DNA of 64,000 nt from Halarcobacter sp. GTDB taxonomy: Bacteria; Campylobacterota; Campylobacteria; Campylobacterales; Arcobacteraceae. The translations under genes were made by a program, and so were the position numbers. Position 1 is the first letter of the stretch; the number at the start of each line of letters is the position of its first letter. Location of the stretch: contig OY781089.1 in the NCBI GenBank assembly GCA_963676565.1, positions 1,568,001-1,632,000 of the forward strand, read 5' to 3'. This document shows positions 21,171 through 31,351 of this stretch, piece by piece. The notes under the pieces were generated by a model that worked only from the letters and a program-made list of their open reading frames with translations, was not told the origin of the DNA and did no database searches.

Positions 21171-22174
21171 TGAATGTAGCTATTATTGGAGCTAGTGGAT
21201 ATACTGGTTTAGAATTAATAAAAATTTTAATAAATCACCCAAAGTTTAATATTACATATATTGCAAATTCAACGGGTGAAGAAAATGTTCAAGATTTACA
21301 CCCTTGTTTAAAAGATGTTATAGATGTTGAAGTTCAAAAAGCAGATGCTAAAGAGGTTGCTAAAGTAGCTGATTTAGCTTTTTTAGCACTTCCTCATAAA
21401 ACTGCAATGTTTTTTGCAAAAGAGTTATTAGATTTAGGTGTAAAAGTTGTAGATTTAAGTGCTGATTATAGACTTGAATTAGAAACATATGAAAAATACT
21501 ATTGTCCCCATGAAGATAAAGAGCATATAAAAGATTCAGTTTATGGATTACCTGAATATTATAGTGAAGATTTAAAAAATGCAAAACTTGTTGCAAATCC
21601 TGGATGTTTTCCAACAGCAGCACTTTTAGCGCTTTTACCTTTTATAGATTATATAGAAGAGGGATCTCAAATATTCATTGATGCAAAAACTGGTATGAGT
21701 GGAGCTGGAAAAGGTTTAAAAGAGGTTACTCATTTTGGACATTTAAATGAAAATTGTCATGCTTATAATCCTTTTAAACATAGACATATGCCAGAGATTG
21801 AAGAGAAAATTCAAAAATTAGCTAATAAAGAGTTTCAAATAAATTTTGTACCCCATTTATTACCAATTACAAGGGGTATGTTGGTATCTGTTTTTGCAAC
21901 ACTTAAAGAAGAAATTGATGTTGAAAAAATCTTAGAAGATAGATATACAGATAGTGAGTTTATTAGACTTAGAAACACACCTGTTGATTTAAAATCAACT
22001 GCAGGGACAAATTTTTGTGATTTATATGTAGCAAGAAATGGTAAAGCTTTATTTGTAAATTCTTCAATTGATAATCTTTTAAGAGGTGCATCTTCTCAAG
22101 CAGTTGTTAATGCAAACTTAATTTGTGGTTTTGAAGAGTACGAGGGAATACCAAAAATAGCATATGTGCCTTAG
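21170..22174 (+). CDS. argC: N-acetyl-gamma-glutamyl-phosphate reductase
   Basis: GASGYTG, DLSADYRL, ANPGCFPT, DNLLRGASSQA. Confidence 0.96.
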   Translation: MNVAIIGASGYTGLELIKILINHPKFNITYIANSTGEENVQDLHPCLKDVIDVEVQKADAKEVAKVADLAFLALPHKTAMFFAKELLDLGVKVVDLSADYRLELETYEKYYCPHEDKEHIKDSVYGLPEYYSEDLKNAKLVANPGCFPTAALLALLPFIDYIEEGSQIFIDAKTGMSGAGKGLKEVTHFGHLNENCHAYNPFKHRHMPEIEEKIQKLANKEFQINFVPHLLPITRGMLVSVFATLKEEIDVEKILEDRYTDSEFIRLRNTPVDLKSTAGTNFCDLYVARNGKALFVNSSIDNLLRGASSQAVVNANLICGFEEYEGIPKIAYVP

Positions 22175-22859
22175 TTTAAAAAAAGGGGCTGTATTTGTAG
22201 CCGATGCCCATTTTAGTGAAGTGAATGTGGAGTTTTTATCTTTTTTAGAAAAATTGAAAGAAAAAAAGATAGAGACTTCTCAACTTTTTTTAATGGGTGA
22301 TATGTTTGATTTCATCTCTGGTGAGAGTAGATATTTTGTTAAGATAAATCAAAAGCTTATTGATATTATTAATGAATTGTCACAAGATATTGAGATTATT
22401 TATTTAGAGGGAAACCATGATTATAATCTTCAAAAACTTTTCCCAAATCTAAAGGTTTATAAAAGGGAAGCTCAATCAATATTTGCAAAATATGAACAAA
22501 AAACTATTGCTTTAGCCCATGGGGATATTTATACTCCAAAAGCCTATGACATTTATTGTAAAATAATAAGAAACCATGCTCTTTTAGTCTTTCTAAATCT
22601 TATAGATATAAATTATTGGTTATCAAAAAAGATTTATAATAAACTTACTAAAAAAAGCATTTGTTCAAAGATGAAAGATTTTGATTCTTTTGCTAAAAAA
22701 AGATTGGCAAATTATAGTAGTGATATTGTAATAGAAGGACATTTCCACCAAGGAAAATCCTATGAAGAAAAAAACAAATTTTATATAAATATTCCATCTT
22801 TATGTTGTGACAAGAAATACATAATATTTGATGAAAAATTTATTACAACTCAATTGTAA
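22164..22859 (+). CDS. lpxH: UDP-2,3-diacylglucosamine diphosphatase (metallophosphoesterase)
   Basis: ADAH, GDMFD, EGNHD, AHGD, GHFH. Confidence 0.8.
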   Translation: MCLSLKKGAVFVADAHFSEVNVEFLSFLEKLKEKKIETSQLFLMGDMFDFISGESRYFVKINQKLIDIINELSQDIEIIYLEGNHDYNLQKLFPNLKVYKREAQSIFAKYEQKTIALAHGDIYTPKAYDIYCKIIRNHALLVFLNLIDINYWLSKKIYNKLTKKSICSKMKDFDSFAKKRLANYSSDIVIEGHFHQGKSYEEKNKFYINIPSLCCDKKYIIFDEKFITTQL

Positions 22860-22907
22860 CTTTGTTATTATAAAATCCACAAATTTTAAAGAATATTGGA
22901 GATAGAT

Positions 22908-23804
22908 ATGAAAATTGATAAATTATATGAACGAGAAATCGAAGATATTTTGAGTTATGAAGATTTTATTGAAAAAATTGGTTCAAAGGCTGACGAAGTT
23001 TTTTTAAAAGAACTTCATAAAAAATATGAATACAGATCTCAAGAGGAAGCTTTAAGAACTTTACAGATAGAACTTATAAAACTACAAGAGCACCTTGAAA
23101 AGAAAAATGAAAAAATGATTATATTAGTTGAAGGTAGAGATGCTTCAGGAAAAGGTGGTGCTATTAGAAGAATCACTAGATATATGAATGAAAAACATTA
23201 TAGGGTAGTTGCTTTAGGTAAACCATCAAGTACACAAATGACACAATGGTATTTTCAAAGATATGTTGAACAATTTCCTAAAGCAGGGGAGATAGTTATC
23301 TTTGATAGGTCTTGGTACAATAGAGCTATGGTTGAACCAGTTTTTGGGTTTTGTACAGAAAATGAATATGAAACTTTTATGAAAACTGTTACAAGATTTG
23401 AAGATGATTTAAGTGAACATGGAATTCACTTTTTAAAAATCTATTTTTCTGTAACAAAAGATGAGCAAGCAAGAAGATTTGAAGAGAGGGAAGAAAACCC
23501 TTTAAAACAGTGGAAACTTAGTGAAATTGACCTTCAAATGCAAGAAAGATGGCTTGAGTTTACAGAAAAAAAATATAGAATGTTAAAAGAAACAAATACT
23601 GAAAAATCTCCTTGGATAATTATTAGAAGTGATGACAAGTTTATCGCTAGATACAATGCTATAAAAACAATTTTAAATAGCGTTGATTATGAAGGAAGAG
23701 ATGAAAGAATAAACTTTCAAGTAGATCCTGAGATTGTTATTAGTGCAGAAAAAGAACTTGAAATAATGGATGAAAACGCAAAAAAACTAAATATAAAATT
23801 GTAG
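22908..23804 (+). CDS. ppk2: Polyphosphate kinase 2
   Basis: EGRDASGKGG, FDRSWYNRAMVE, WKLSEID; ATG at 22908 follows a GGAG SD. Confidence 0.94.
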   Translation: MKIDKLYEREIEDILSYEDFIEKIGSKADEVFLKELHKKYEYRSQEEALRTLQIELIKLQEHLEKKNEKMIILVEGRDASGKGGAIRRITRYMNEKHYRVVALGKPSSTQMTQWYFQRYVEQFPKAGEIVIFDRSWYNRAMVEPVFGFCTENEYETFMKTVTRFEDDLSEHGIHFLKIYFSVTKDEQARRFEEREENPLKQWKLSEIDLQMQERWLEFTEKKYRMLKETNTEKSPWIIIRSDDKFIARYNAIKTILNSVDYEGRDERINFQVDPEIVISAEKELEIMDENAKKLNIKL

Positions 23805-23824
23805 AAGAACCTCTACAATTTTAT
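23793..23824 (+). terminator. Terminator hairpin overlapping the ppk2 stop
   Basis: ATAAAATTGTAGA-agaacc-TCTACAATTTTAT. Confidence 0.65.
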
Positions 23825-23911
23825 TAACTTTCACAAGATTATAATTTTTTTATTTCTTAGTAAACTTATATAATATATAATACCAAACTATTGAATTTAA
23901 GGTTGTCTTAT

Positions 23912-26900
23912 ATGTTAAGAATGTTACTAATATTCTTCCTTTTCGCTATTTCATCATTCTCAAATGAATTATTCACAAAAGAAGAAAAAAGTTGGATTAA
24001 AAATAACCCAAATATTAAAATTGCAATGATAAATAATTTTCAACCCTTTAGCTATGTTGAAAATGGTAATCATAAAGGTTTTAGTGTTGAGTTATTAAAT
24101 AAAATTTCAGAAATAAGTGGTTTGACTTTTGAAGTTAAAAATGCAAGGTGGTCTAAAACACTTGACTCTTTTAAAAAGCAAGAAGTTGATATGATATCAG
24201 ATATCTCTTTTACTAAAAATAGAGAGAGCTTTTCCCTTTTTACCAATCCTTATTACAAAATCCCAACTTATATTTTTGGTCTTAAAAATGATAAAAATTA
24301 TACAGATAATTCAAGTTTAAAGGGCAAAAAAGTTGGTGTTACAAAAAATATATTCTATAAAGATGAATTGACAAAACTTGGAATCAACATTGTAGAATTT
24401 CCTACTAGTGAAGATAAGGCAAAGGCTTTGGTAACAGGTCAAATAGATTATTTTTTATCTTCATATTCAACAGGAACGAAAGCAATAAAATCACAATCTT
24501 TAGTTGATGTTAACGCAATCGATGAGTATATAGATATTAAAAAAGAGGATTTAAGATTTGCAGTAAATAAAAATAAACCTCTATTAAGATCAATTTTAAA
24601 TAAGTCATTAAAACAAGTAGAAAATAAATACTTCTCTCATTTGGCAAATAAATGGATTCTTGGAAATGAAAATATTGATAATATTGTTAAGCTTTTTTCA
24701 ATGGAGGAGCGAAATTTTATTAATAATACAAAAAATAAGCCTATTAAAATAGGTTCTATTGATACTTATATTCCTTTTAGTTTCACTTATAATGGTGAAA
24801 AAATAGGCTTCACCCAAGAGTTAATAGAACTAATTGCCAAAAAAAGTGGTTTAAATTTTGAAAAAGTAGGTGGAACTTGGCCACAAGTTTATGGAAAATT
24901 TGAAAAAAAAGAGATTGATATAATTTCAGAATTATCATATAGAGAAGAGAGATTACCTTTTACTCTTTATACCAAACCTTATTATGAAATTCCAATTGGT
25001 GTATTTGCAAAAGAAGATTTTGGTACTTATAGTGGATTAAAATCTTTAAAGGGTAAAAAAGTAGGAATAGTTAAAGGCTCATATTTAATTGGTGCTTTAA
25101 AAGACGAAAAAGATTTTGAAATAGTTCAATTTGATACAAACAATGATAAGTTTTATGGTTTAAGGGATGGTGTTGTTGATGTTGTTTTAAGTAGAACAAT
25201 GAGTATTTACAGACTTGAAGAACTTATGATAAAAGGGATTAAAACTGTAGGAATATTTTCAAATGATAAGATTAAAAATGAAGATTTAAGATTTGGTATT
25301 AGAGTTGAACAAAAAATCTTAGCTTCTATTATGAAAAAGACTTTAAACTCTATCCCTTTTTCAAAGATTAGCCAATTAAAACAAAAATGGATTTTAGAAA
25401 ACTATGGAAAAAAACAAGAAATAGATTCACAAAATACTTTAGTTTTTACAAAAGATGAAAAAGAGTTCATAAAAAAACATCCTGAAATAACTTATAGTGA
25501 AGTAAACTGGAAACCTTTATCAATAATTGAAAACAATAATATGAATGGAATTATGGGAGATTATCTTGAATTGGTTTCAAAAAAAACAGGAATAAAATTT
25601 AAATATATTCAAGCTTCTTCATGGCCAGAAGTATTAAATATGTTTAAAAATAAAAAAATAGATTTAGTCCCTGGAATAGGAACCAGTCCCCAAGAGATAA
25701 AATTAGGTTTAGTTAGTAATACTTATAGTAAATATCCTATGGCAATTGTTACAGGGGATAATATTAAATATATTCAGAATTTAAATGAGTTAGATTCAAA
25801 AACAATTGCAGTTCCAAAATACTATACAAGTTATAACTATTTAGTAAAAAAACATCCAAATATAAAAATCCTTGAAACTTTAAATATTCCAGAAGCTTTA
25901 TTAAAAGTTGAGGCAAAGGAAGCGGATGCTTTTATAGGTCATATTGCAACTTCTTTGTATTATCTTAGTGAGCTTCATTTAAAAAACTTAAAAATAAGTG
26001 GAGTTGCTGATTTTAACTTTGAGCATAAATATCTTATTCAAAATGAGTATCCTTTATTATTATCAATAATTAATAAAACTTTTGATGCTATAACTCAAGA
26101 GGAGAAGAAAACAATTCATTCAAAATGGATTCAACCTCAAATTATAAAAGAGAATACAAATTATGAGCTTATTTATAGGATCATAGGTATATTTACCCTA
26201 ATTTTGATTGTTGTTTTATATTTTTTAAGTATTTTGAAAAAACAAAAAAAAGAGTTTGAAACTATATTTGAAACTTCAAAAGATGGTATAGCAATAATAG
26301 ATTTAAAAACAAACTTCTTGAAATATAATGATGCTTATTTAAAAATGTTAAATTATTCTTATGATGAACTAAAAACTAAATCACTAGATAAACTAATTAT
26401 TATAGAGCAAAAAGAGTTATTGAAAAATATGTTAAAAAATGTATTAAAAGATGGATATGTTAAAAACCTTGAAACAGTGTGTATTGATAAAGATGAAAAT
26501 AGGGTTAATGTTAATATTACTGCTTCTTTACTTCCAGATAAAAGAAGGGTTCTTATTGTTACAAAAGACGTAACATCATTAAAACTACTTGAAAATCATA
26601 TGAAATTAGCTTCAATGGGTGAGATGATAGGAAATATTGCCCACCAGTGGAGACAACCTTTAAGTGTAATTACAAGTAGTGCTTCAGGCCTTAGAATAAA
26701 ATCTGAGTATGATGAGAAAATATCTTTAGATGATGTAAAAAGTTTTTCAGACACAATTTTAAATCAAGCTAATTATTTATCTGAAACTATAGATGACTTT
26801 AAAAACTTTATTAAAGGTACAAATGAGTTTAGGCAGATAGATATTTTAAGTGTTGTTAAAAAATCACTAAGTTTAACCAAACCTTCTATCTCAGATAACT

Positions 26901-27313
26901 TTATTAAAATAGTTACAAATATAGATGATAATTTGAGTATAAATGGTAACAAGAGTGAATTAGAACAAGTATTAATTAATATTATGAATAATGCAAAAGA
27001 TGCTTTAATTCAAAATATCGATGAGGGTAATAGATTAATTTATATATCCACAAAAAAGATAAATGAAAACTCTTTGGAATTAAAAATTTGTGATAATGGT
27101 GGAGGAATATCTAAAGATATCATTCAAAGGATTTTTGAGCCATATTTTACTACAAAACATAAATCAATTGGTACGGGTCTTGGTTTATCAATTGTTGATA
27201 AGATTATTAGAGAAAGACATGAGCAGACAATAAAAGTTCATAATGAAAGTTTTAAACATGAAGGTAAAGATTATATGGGTGCTTGTTTTTCTATAATTTT
27301 TACAAACAAATAA
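23912..27313 (+). CDS. Sensor histidine kinase with three periplasmic binding-protein domains and PAS
   Basis: Three PBPb repeats (FQPFSY, YIPFSF, WKPLSI), TM, PAS, IAHQWRQPL, NNAKDA, DNGGG, GTGLGL. ATG 23912 has an AAGG SD; the track starts at TTG 23891. Confidence 0.92.
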   Translation: MLRMLLIFFLFAISSFSNELFTKEEKSWIKNNPNIKIAMINNFQPFSYVENGNHKGFSVELLNKISEISGLTFEVKNARWSKTLDSFKKQEVDMISDISFTKNRESFSLFTNPYYKIPTYIFGLKNDKNYTDNSSLKGKKVGVTKNIFYKDELTKLGINIVEFPTSEDKAKALVTGQIDYFLSSYSTGTKAIKSQSLVDVNAIDEYIDIKKEDLRFAVNKNKPLLRSILNKSLKQVENKYFSHLANKWILGNENIDNIVKLFSMEERNFINNTKNKPIKIGSIDTYIPFSFTYNGEKIGFTQELIELIAKKSGLNFEKVGGTWPQVYGKFEKKEIDIISELSYREERLPFTLYTKPYYEIPIGVFAKEDFGTYSGLKSLKGKKVGIVKGSYLIGALKDEKDFEIVQFDTNNDKFYGLRDGVVDVVLSRTMSIYRLEELMIKGIKTVGIFSNDKIKNEDLRFGIRVEQKILASIMKKTLNSIPFSKISQLKQKWILENYGKKQEIDSQNTLVFTKDEKEFIKKHPEITYSEVNWKPLSIIENNNMNGIMGDYLELVSKKTGIKFKYIQASSWPEVLNMFKNKKIDLVPGIGTSPQEIKLGLVSNTYSKYPMAIVTGDNIKYIQNLNELDSKTIAVPKYYTSYNYLVKKHPNIKILETLNIPEALLKVEAKEADAFIGHIATSLYYLSELHLKNLKISGVADFNFEHKYLIQNEYPLLLSIINKTFDAITQEEKKTIHSKWIQPQIIKENTNYELIYRIIGIFTLILIVVLYFLSILKKQKKEFETIFETSKDGIAIIDLKTNFLKYNDAYLKMLNYSYDELKTKSLDKLIIIEQKELLKNMLKNVLKDGYVKNLETVCIDKDENRVNVNITASLLPDKRRVLIVTKDVTSLKLLENHMKLASMGEMIGNIAHQWRQPLSVITSSASGLRIKSEYDEKISLDDVKSFSDTILNQANYLSETIDDFKNFIKGTNEFRQIDILSVVKKSLSLTKPSISDNFIKIVTNIDDNLSINGNKSELEQVLINIMNNAKDALIQNIDEGNRLIYISTKKINENSLELKICDNGGGISKDIIQRIFEPYFTTKHKSIGTGLGLSIVDKIIRERHEQTIKVHNESFKHEGKDYMGACFSIIFTNK

Positions 27314-27370
27314 ATACTTATGGCAAAGAATTATAAGAAAAGTTTGAACAACTCATAATTCAATCTTGGA

Positions 27371-27376
27371 TATAAT
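27371..27376 (+). promoter_or_regulatory. -10 box of a probable leaderless uvrB transcript
   Basis: gaTATAAT followed by 6 nt and then the uvrB ATG; no SD. Confidence 0.65.
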
Positions 27377-27382
27377 CCTGCC

Positions 27383-29356
27383 ATGAGTAAATTTAAAGTA
27401 AAAACCCAATATGAACCAGCTGGTGATCAACCTAATGCAATAAAGCAAATAAGTGATTCAATCTTAAGTGGAAACAAATATACAACCCTTGAAGGTGTAA
27501 CAGGCTCTGGTAAAACATATACCATGGCAAAGGTTATTGAAAAAACCCAAATGCCAACACTTATCATGACACACAATAAAACCTTAGCTGCACAGTTATA
27601 TAGTGAATTTAAATCATTTTTCCCAAATAATCATGTTGAATATTTTATCTCTTATTATGATTATTATCAGCCTGAAGCATATATTCCAAGAACTGATTTA
27701 TTTATTGAAAAAGATTCATCTATAAATGCCGAACTTGAAAGACTAAGACTTAGTGCAACGGCTTCACTGCTTAGTTTTGATGATGTAATAGTAATTGCTT
27801 CAGTATCTGCAAATTATGGTTTAGGTAATCCTGAAGAGTATAAAGCTATGGTTCAAAGAATAGAAGTAGGCTTTGAATATTCTCAAAGAGAGTTTTTACT
27901 AAAACTAGTTGAAATGGGTTATAAAAGAAATGATTCTTTTTTTGATAGAGCAGATTTTAGGGTAAACGGCGATGTTATTGATATCTTCCCTGCTTATTAT
28001 GAAGATGAATATATAAGAGTTGAGTTTTTTGGTGATGAGGTTGAGTCTATTACCAAACACGAGTATTTAACAAATGAAAAAACAAAAGAGCTAGAAGAGG
28101 TAATTATCTATTCAGTAAACCCTTTTGTTGTTTCAAATGATAGATTGGCAATTGCAGTTAAAAATATTGAAGAGGAACTTGATGAAAGACTTCAATTTTT
28201 TGAAAAAGAGGATAAAAGAGTAGAGTATCAAAGATTAAAACAAAGGGTTGAATTTGACCTTGAGATGATTGAAGGTACTGGAATGTGTAAAGGTATTGAA
28301 AATTATGCAAGACATTTAACTGGTCAAAAGCCAGGTGAAACTCCATACTCTCTTATGAATTATTTTGAACAAATGGGGAAAGATTTTTTACTTATTGTTG
28401 ATGAATCTCACGTTTCTTTACCTCAATTTAGAGGGATGCATGCAGCAGATAGAAGTAGAAAAGAGGTTTTAGTTGAATATGGATTTAGACTTCCAAGTGC
28501 TTTAGATAACAGACCATTGAAATTTGATGAATTTATAAATAAGGCTCCAAACTTTTTATTTGTTAGTGCGACCCCTGCAGATTTAGAATTAGAAAAAAGT
28601 GAGGTTGTGGCTCGTCAGATTATTAGACCAACTGGACTTTTAGATCCAGTTATTGAGATAATGGATTCTGAATATCAAGTAGAAAAACTACATGATGAAA
28701 TAAAAAAAGTAATTGAAAAAAATGAGAGAGTATTAGTAACTGTTCTAACAAAAAAAATGGCAGAGGAGTTAAGTTCTTATTATTCAGATTTAGGAATAAA
28801 AGTTAAATATATGCATTCTGATATTGATGCAATTGAAAGAAATCAAATTATTAGGGAATTAAGACAAGGTGAGTTCGATGTTTTAGTTGGGATTAACCTT
28901 TTAAGGGAAGGTCTTGATATTCCTGAAACTTCACTTGTAGCTATTTTAGATGCAGATAAAGAAGGTTTCTTAAGATCTAGAACATCTTTAGTTCAAACTA
29001 TGGGTAGAGCAGCAAGAAATCAAAATGGTAGGGTTATTTTATTTGCAAAAAAAATAACAGATTCTATGCAATATGCGATTGATTTAACAAATGAAAGAAG
29101 AGAGATTCAAGAGGCATATAATAAAGAACATGGGATAACACCAACAACAACAACTAGAGCATTAGATGAAAATCTAAAAATGGAAGAGTATGATGATGTT
29201 GCATGGAAAAGGGAAAAAATGAATAAAATTCCAGCAGCAGAAAGAAAGAAAATATTAATCGAATTAAATAAAGCTATGTCAAAGGCTGCTAAAGACTTGA
29301 ATTTTGAAGAAGCTATTAGATTACGAGACCAGATAGAAAAAATAAAAAAAGCGTAA
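27383..29356 (+). CDS. uvrB: Excinuclease ABC subunit B
   Basis: [33 protein letters not shown]-terminal UVR domain. Confidence 0.98.
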   Translation: MSKFKVKTQYEPAGDQPNAIKQISDSILSGNKYTTLEGVTGSGKTYTMAKVIEKTQMPTLIMTHNKTLAAQLYSEFKSFFPNNHVEYFISYYDYYQPEAYIPRTDLFIEKDSSINAELERLRLSATASLLSFDDVIVIASVSANYGLGNPEEYKAMVQRIEVGFEYSQREFLLKLVEMGYKRNDSFFDRADFRVNGDVIDIFPAYYEDEYIRVEFFGDEVESITKHEYLTNEKTKELEEVIIYSVNPFVVSNDRLAIAVKNIEEELDERLQFFEKEDKRVEYQRLKQRVEFDLEMIEGTGMCKGIENYARHLTGQKPGETPYSLMNYFEQMGKDFLLIVDESHVSLPQFRGMHAADRSRKEVLVEYGFRLPSALDNRPLKFDEFINKAPNFLFVSATPADLELEKSEVVARQIIRPTGLLDPVIEIMDSEYQVEKLHDEIKKVIEKNERVLVTVLTKKMAEELSSYYSDLGIKVKYMHSDIDAIERNQIIRELRQGEFDVLVGINLLREGLDIPETSLVAILDADKEGFLRSRTSLVQTMGRAARNQNGRVILFAKKITDSMQYAIDLTNERREIQEAYNKEHGITPTTTTRALDENLKMEEYDDVAWKREKMNKIPAAERKKILIELNKAMSKAAKDLNFEEAIRLRDQIEKIKKA

Positions 29357-29365
29357 AGGATTAAT

Positions 29366-30019
29366 TTGCCAAGATTAAAAAAAGCTACAAAAGAAGAGAT
29401 TCAAATTATAAAAGAAGCTTTTCAAGAAAACTTTTCAGATGCAGTTACAGAATTAAATTATAGAAATGATTATGAGTTATTAATAGCAATTATACTTTCG
29501 GCTCAATGTACAGATAAAAGGGTAAATATTATTACACCTGCACTTTTTGAGAAATATCCTTCTGTTTTTGAGCTTGCTGATGCCAATCTTGAAGATGTAA
29601 AAGATTTACTTAAATCTTGTTCTTTTTTCAATAACAAATCAAAAAATATAATTAAAATGGCTCAAAGTGTAATAGCTGATTTTGATGGAGAAATACCCCA
29701 TGATCAAAAAAAACTTATAAAACTTGCAGGGGTAGGGAATAAAACTGCAAATGTATTTATGATTGAATTTGAGGGTGCAAACTTGATGGCTGTTGATACT
29801 CATGTATTTAGAGTTTCTCATAGATTAGGACTTTCATATGAAAAAACAGTTGAAAAAACAGAAGCTGAATTGGTGAAAAAATTGAAAGATGATTTACATA
29901 TATTCCACCAAGCTATGGTATTGTTTGGAAGATATACTTGTAAAGCCTTAAGTCCAGAATGTGATAAATGTTTATTCCCACATGTTTGCAAAACTAAAAA
30001 ATCTTTTAAACCTCAATAA
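29366..30019 (+). CDS. nth: Endonuclease III
   Basis: LSAQCTDKRVN, HhH LAGVGNKTA, VDTHVFRV, Cx6Cx2Cx5C. Confidence 0.96.
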   Translation: MPRLKKATKEEIQIIKEAFQENFSDAVTELNYRNDYELLIAIILSAQCTDKRVNIITPALFEKYPSVFELADANLEDVKDLLKSCSFFNNKSKNIIKMAQSVIADFDGEIPHDQKKLIKLAGVGNKTANVFMIEFEGANLMAVDTHVFRVSHRLGLSYEKTVEKTEAELVKKLKDDLHIFHQAMVLFGRYTCKALSPECDKCLFPHVCKTKKSFKPQ

Positions 30020-30091
30020 TATTTAAAATATAAGCAACTTTTATGAGTTCATAAATTATGATATAATGAAGAATTGATTGAAGGAGTTGTT

Positions 30092-30376
30092 ATGGGTAAA
30101 GAAGTTATAAAAGTCAAGACCGTAACCTTGGCACAACACTTTAGAGAGGATAAAGTCAATATATCACATATTGAGAAACCTTATGGTGACCACAGTAGTC
30201 CTGTAGTTAGAATAGACAGAGTTGAGAGTGGAAAAACTACTGGGTTAATTGAAATTCCATACAAAAATATAGAAGAGGTAATTGAAGCATTACACAAAGC
30301 TGAAGAACTTTGTGATTCAATTCCCCATGATGAACCACATGGTGAAATCAATGCAGACATTGGTGGTGGAGCATAA
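30092..30376 (+). CDS. Hypothetical protein (His/acid-rich C terminus)
   Basis: TGaTATAAT upstream, AAGGAG SD before ATG 30092, downstream terminator. Confidence 0.8.
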   Translation: MGKEVIKVKTVTLAQHFREDKVNISHIEKPYGDHSSPVVRIDRVESGKTTGLIEIPYKNIEEVIEALHKAEELCDSIPHDEPHGEINADIGGGA

Positions 30377-30383
30377 AGCTTTT

Positions 30384-30414
30384 GCGAATAGACCTTTTTT
30401 AAGGTTCTATTTGC
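30384..30414. terminator. Hairpin between convergent genes (probable bidirectional terminator)
   Basis: GCGAATAGACCTT-tttt-AAGGTTCTATTTGC, imperfect stem. Confidence 0.55.
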
Positions 30415-30420
30415 TTTGAC

Positions 30421-30831
30421 TTATTTTTTATCACACTTTTCATTTAATGTATCAAAGTTTTCAAATACATATTCATCTTGAATTTTCTTTATTTTTACAC
30501 CTTTAGCACTACATACAAACTCTTTTCCATCCTTTTTTACAATGTAATCAAAGTTATAAATAAACTCAGTATTTGAAGAAACTGTTTTATTGTTTAATCT
30601 TTCAAAGGTGAATTTTTCTATTTGGCTATTTTTTTCAGATTCGTATTTTGTTACAAAAAGATTAGGAACTTTTTCTTCTTGATTTTTAATTGTAAAGTTA
30701 GCTACAGCTATAGTTACTATAATGACTAAAACTAAAATAGCTATCTCTTTTGTTTCAAATTTATTGTTCATTTTATAAATTAAAAAAGCTACTAATACTA
30801 TAGCTATTAGGATTACTAAAACAAATTGCAT
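30421..30831 (-). CDS. Hypothetical membrane protein (2 N-terminal TM segments)
   Basis: Two hydrophobic segments then a soluble domain with two Cys; 1 nt from the upstream gene. Confidence 0.8.
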   Translation of the reverse strand: MQFVLVILIAIVLVAFLIYKMNNKFETKEIAILVLVIIVTIAVANFTIKNQEEKVPNLFVTKYESEKNSQIEKFTFERLNNKTVSSNTEFIYNFDYIVKKDGKEFVCSAKGVKIKKIQDEYVFENFDTLNEKCDKK

Positions 30832-30832
30832 A

Positions 30833-31126
30833 TTATTTTCCTTTTAATCTTTGTTTGAATTCTTCTTTTGATAAATATTTATTACTCGAAGTAGGTCTTG
30901 CTAAAAATTCATCTTCTAAGACTCTTTTTTGTTGAAGTTTTTGTTTATAAGTCTCTCTTGACATATATCTTTTATTTTCATTGTTATTTATAGATGATGA
31001 AACAGGTTTAATATTTGTATTTTTATTTAAGTCAATATTTTTAATAAGACCAGTTTTTAAATTTTCTAAAATATTTAAAACAGTTGATAAATTTTTATCA
31101 TCAATATCAAGGGTGATTTTAGCCAT
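30833..31126 (-). CDS. Hypothetical protein with an internal repeat
   Basis: AAGGAG SD before ATG 31126 (MAKITLDID); repeated motif RYMSRETYKQKL / KYLSKEEFKQRL. Confidence 0.8.
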   Translation of the reverse strand: MAKITLDIDDKNLSTVLNILENLKTGLIKNIDLNKNTNIKPVSSSINNNENKRYMSRETYKQKLQQKRVLEDEFLARPTSSNKYLSKEEFKQRLKGK

Positions 31127-31200
31127 GAAACTCCTTTTCGTGAAGTATATCATAAAAAGAAAAAAACTTTTTTTAGAAGTGAAAAAGAAAAAAAACTTTA

Positions 31201-31246
31201 ATGAAAAGCTAATATTTTAAATGCTTAAAGAAGCTTAGCTTTTCAT
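31201..31246. repeat. 12-bp perfect inverted repeat in the divergent intergenic region
   Basis: ATGAAAAGCTAA-N22-TTAGCTTTTCAT. Confidence 0.6.
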
Positions 31247-31307
31247 GTAAAATATCTATTCAAAAGTAATGAAATTGAAAGTTAACAGTAAATTAACTAA
31301 GTGAAAA

Positions 31308-31329
31308 TATAATGCAAAATTACATTATA
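31308..31329 (+). promoter_or_regulatory. Palindrome overlapping the -10 box of the TonB receptor gene
   Basis: TATAATG-caaaatta-CATTATA; the left arm is a TATAAT. Confidence 0.45.
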
Positions 31330-31351
31330 AAATATTTTAATAAGGAAACAA

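Noticed and set aside
31308..31329. Canonical Fur box upstream of the TonB receptor
   Set aside because: The arms resemble Fur half-sites but the spacer is 8 nt rather than 5; kept only as an unassigned palindrome.
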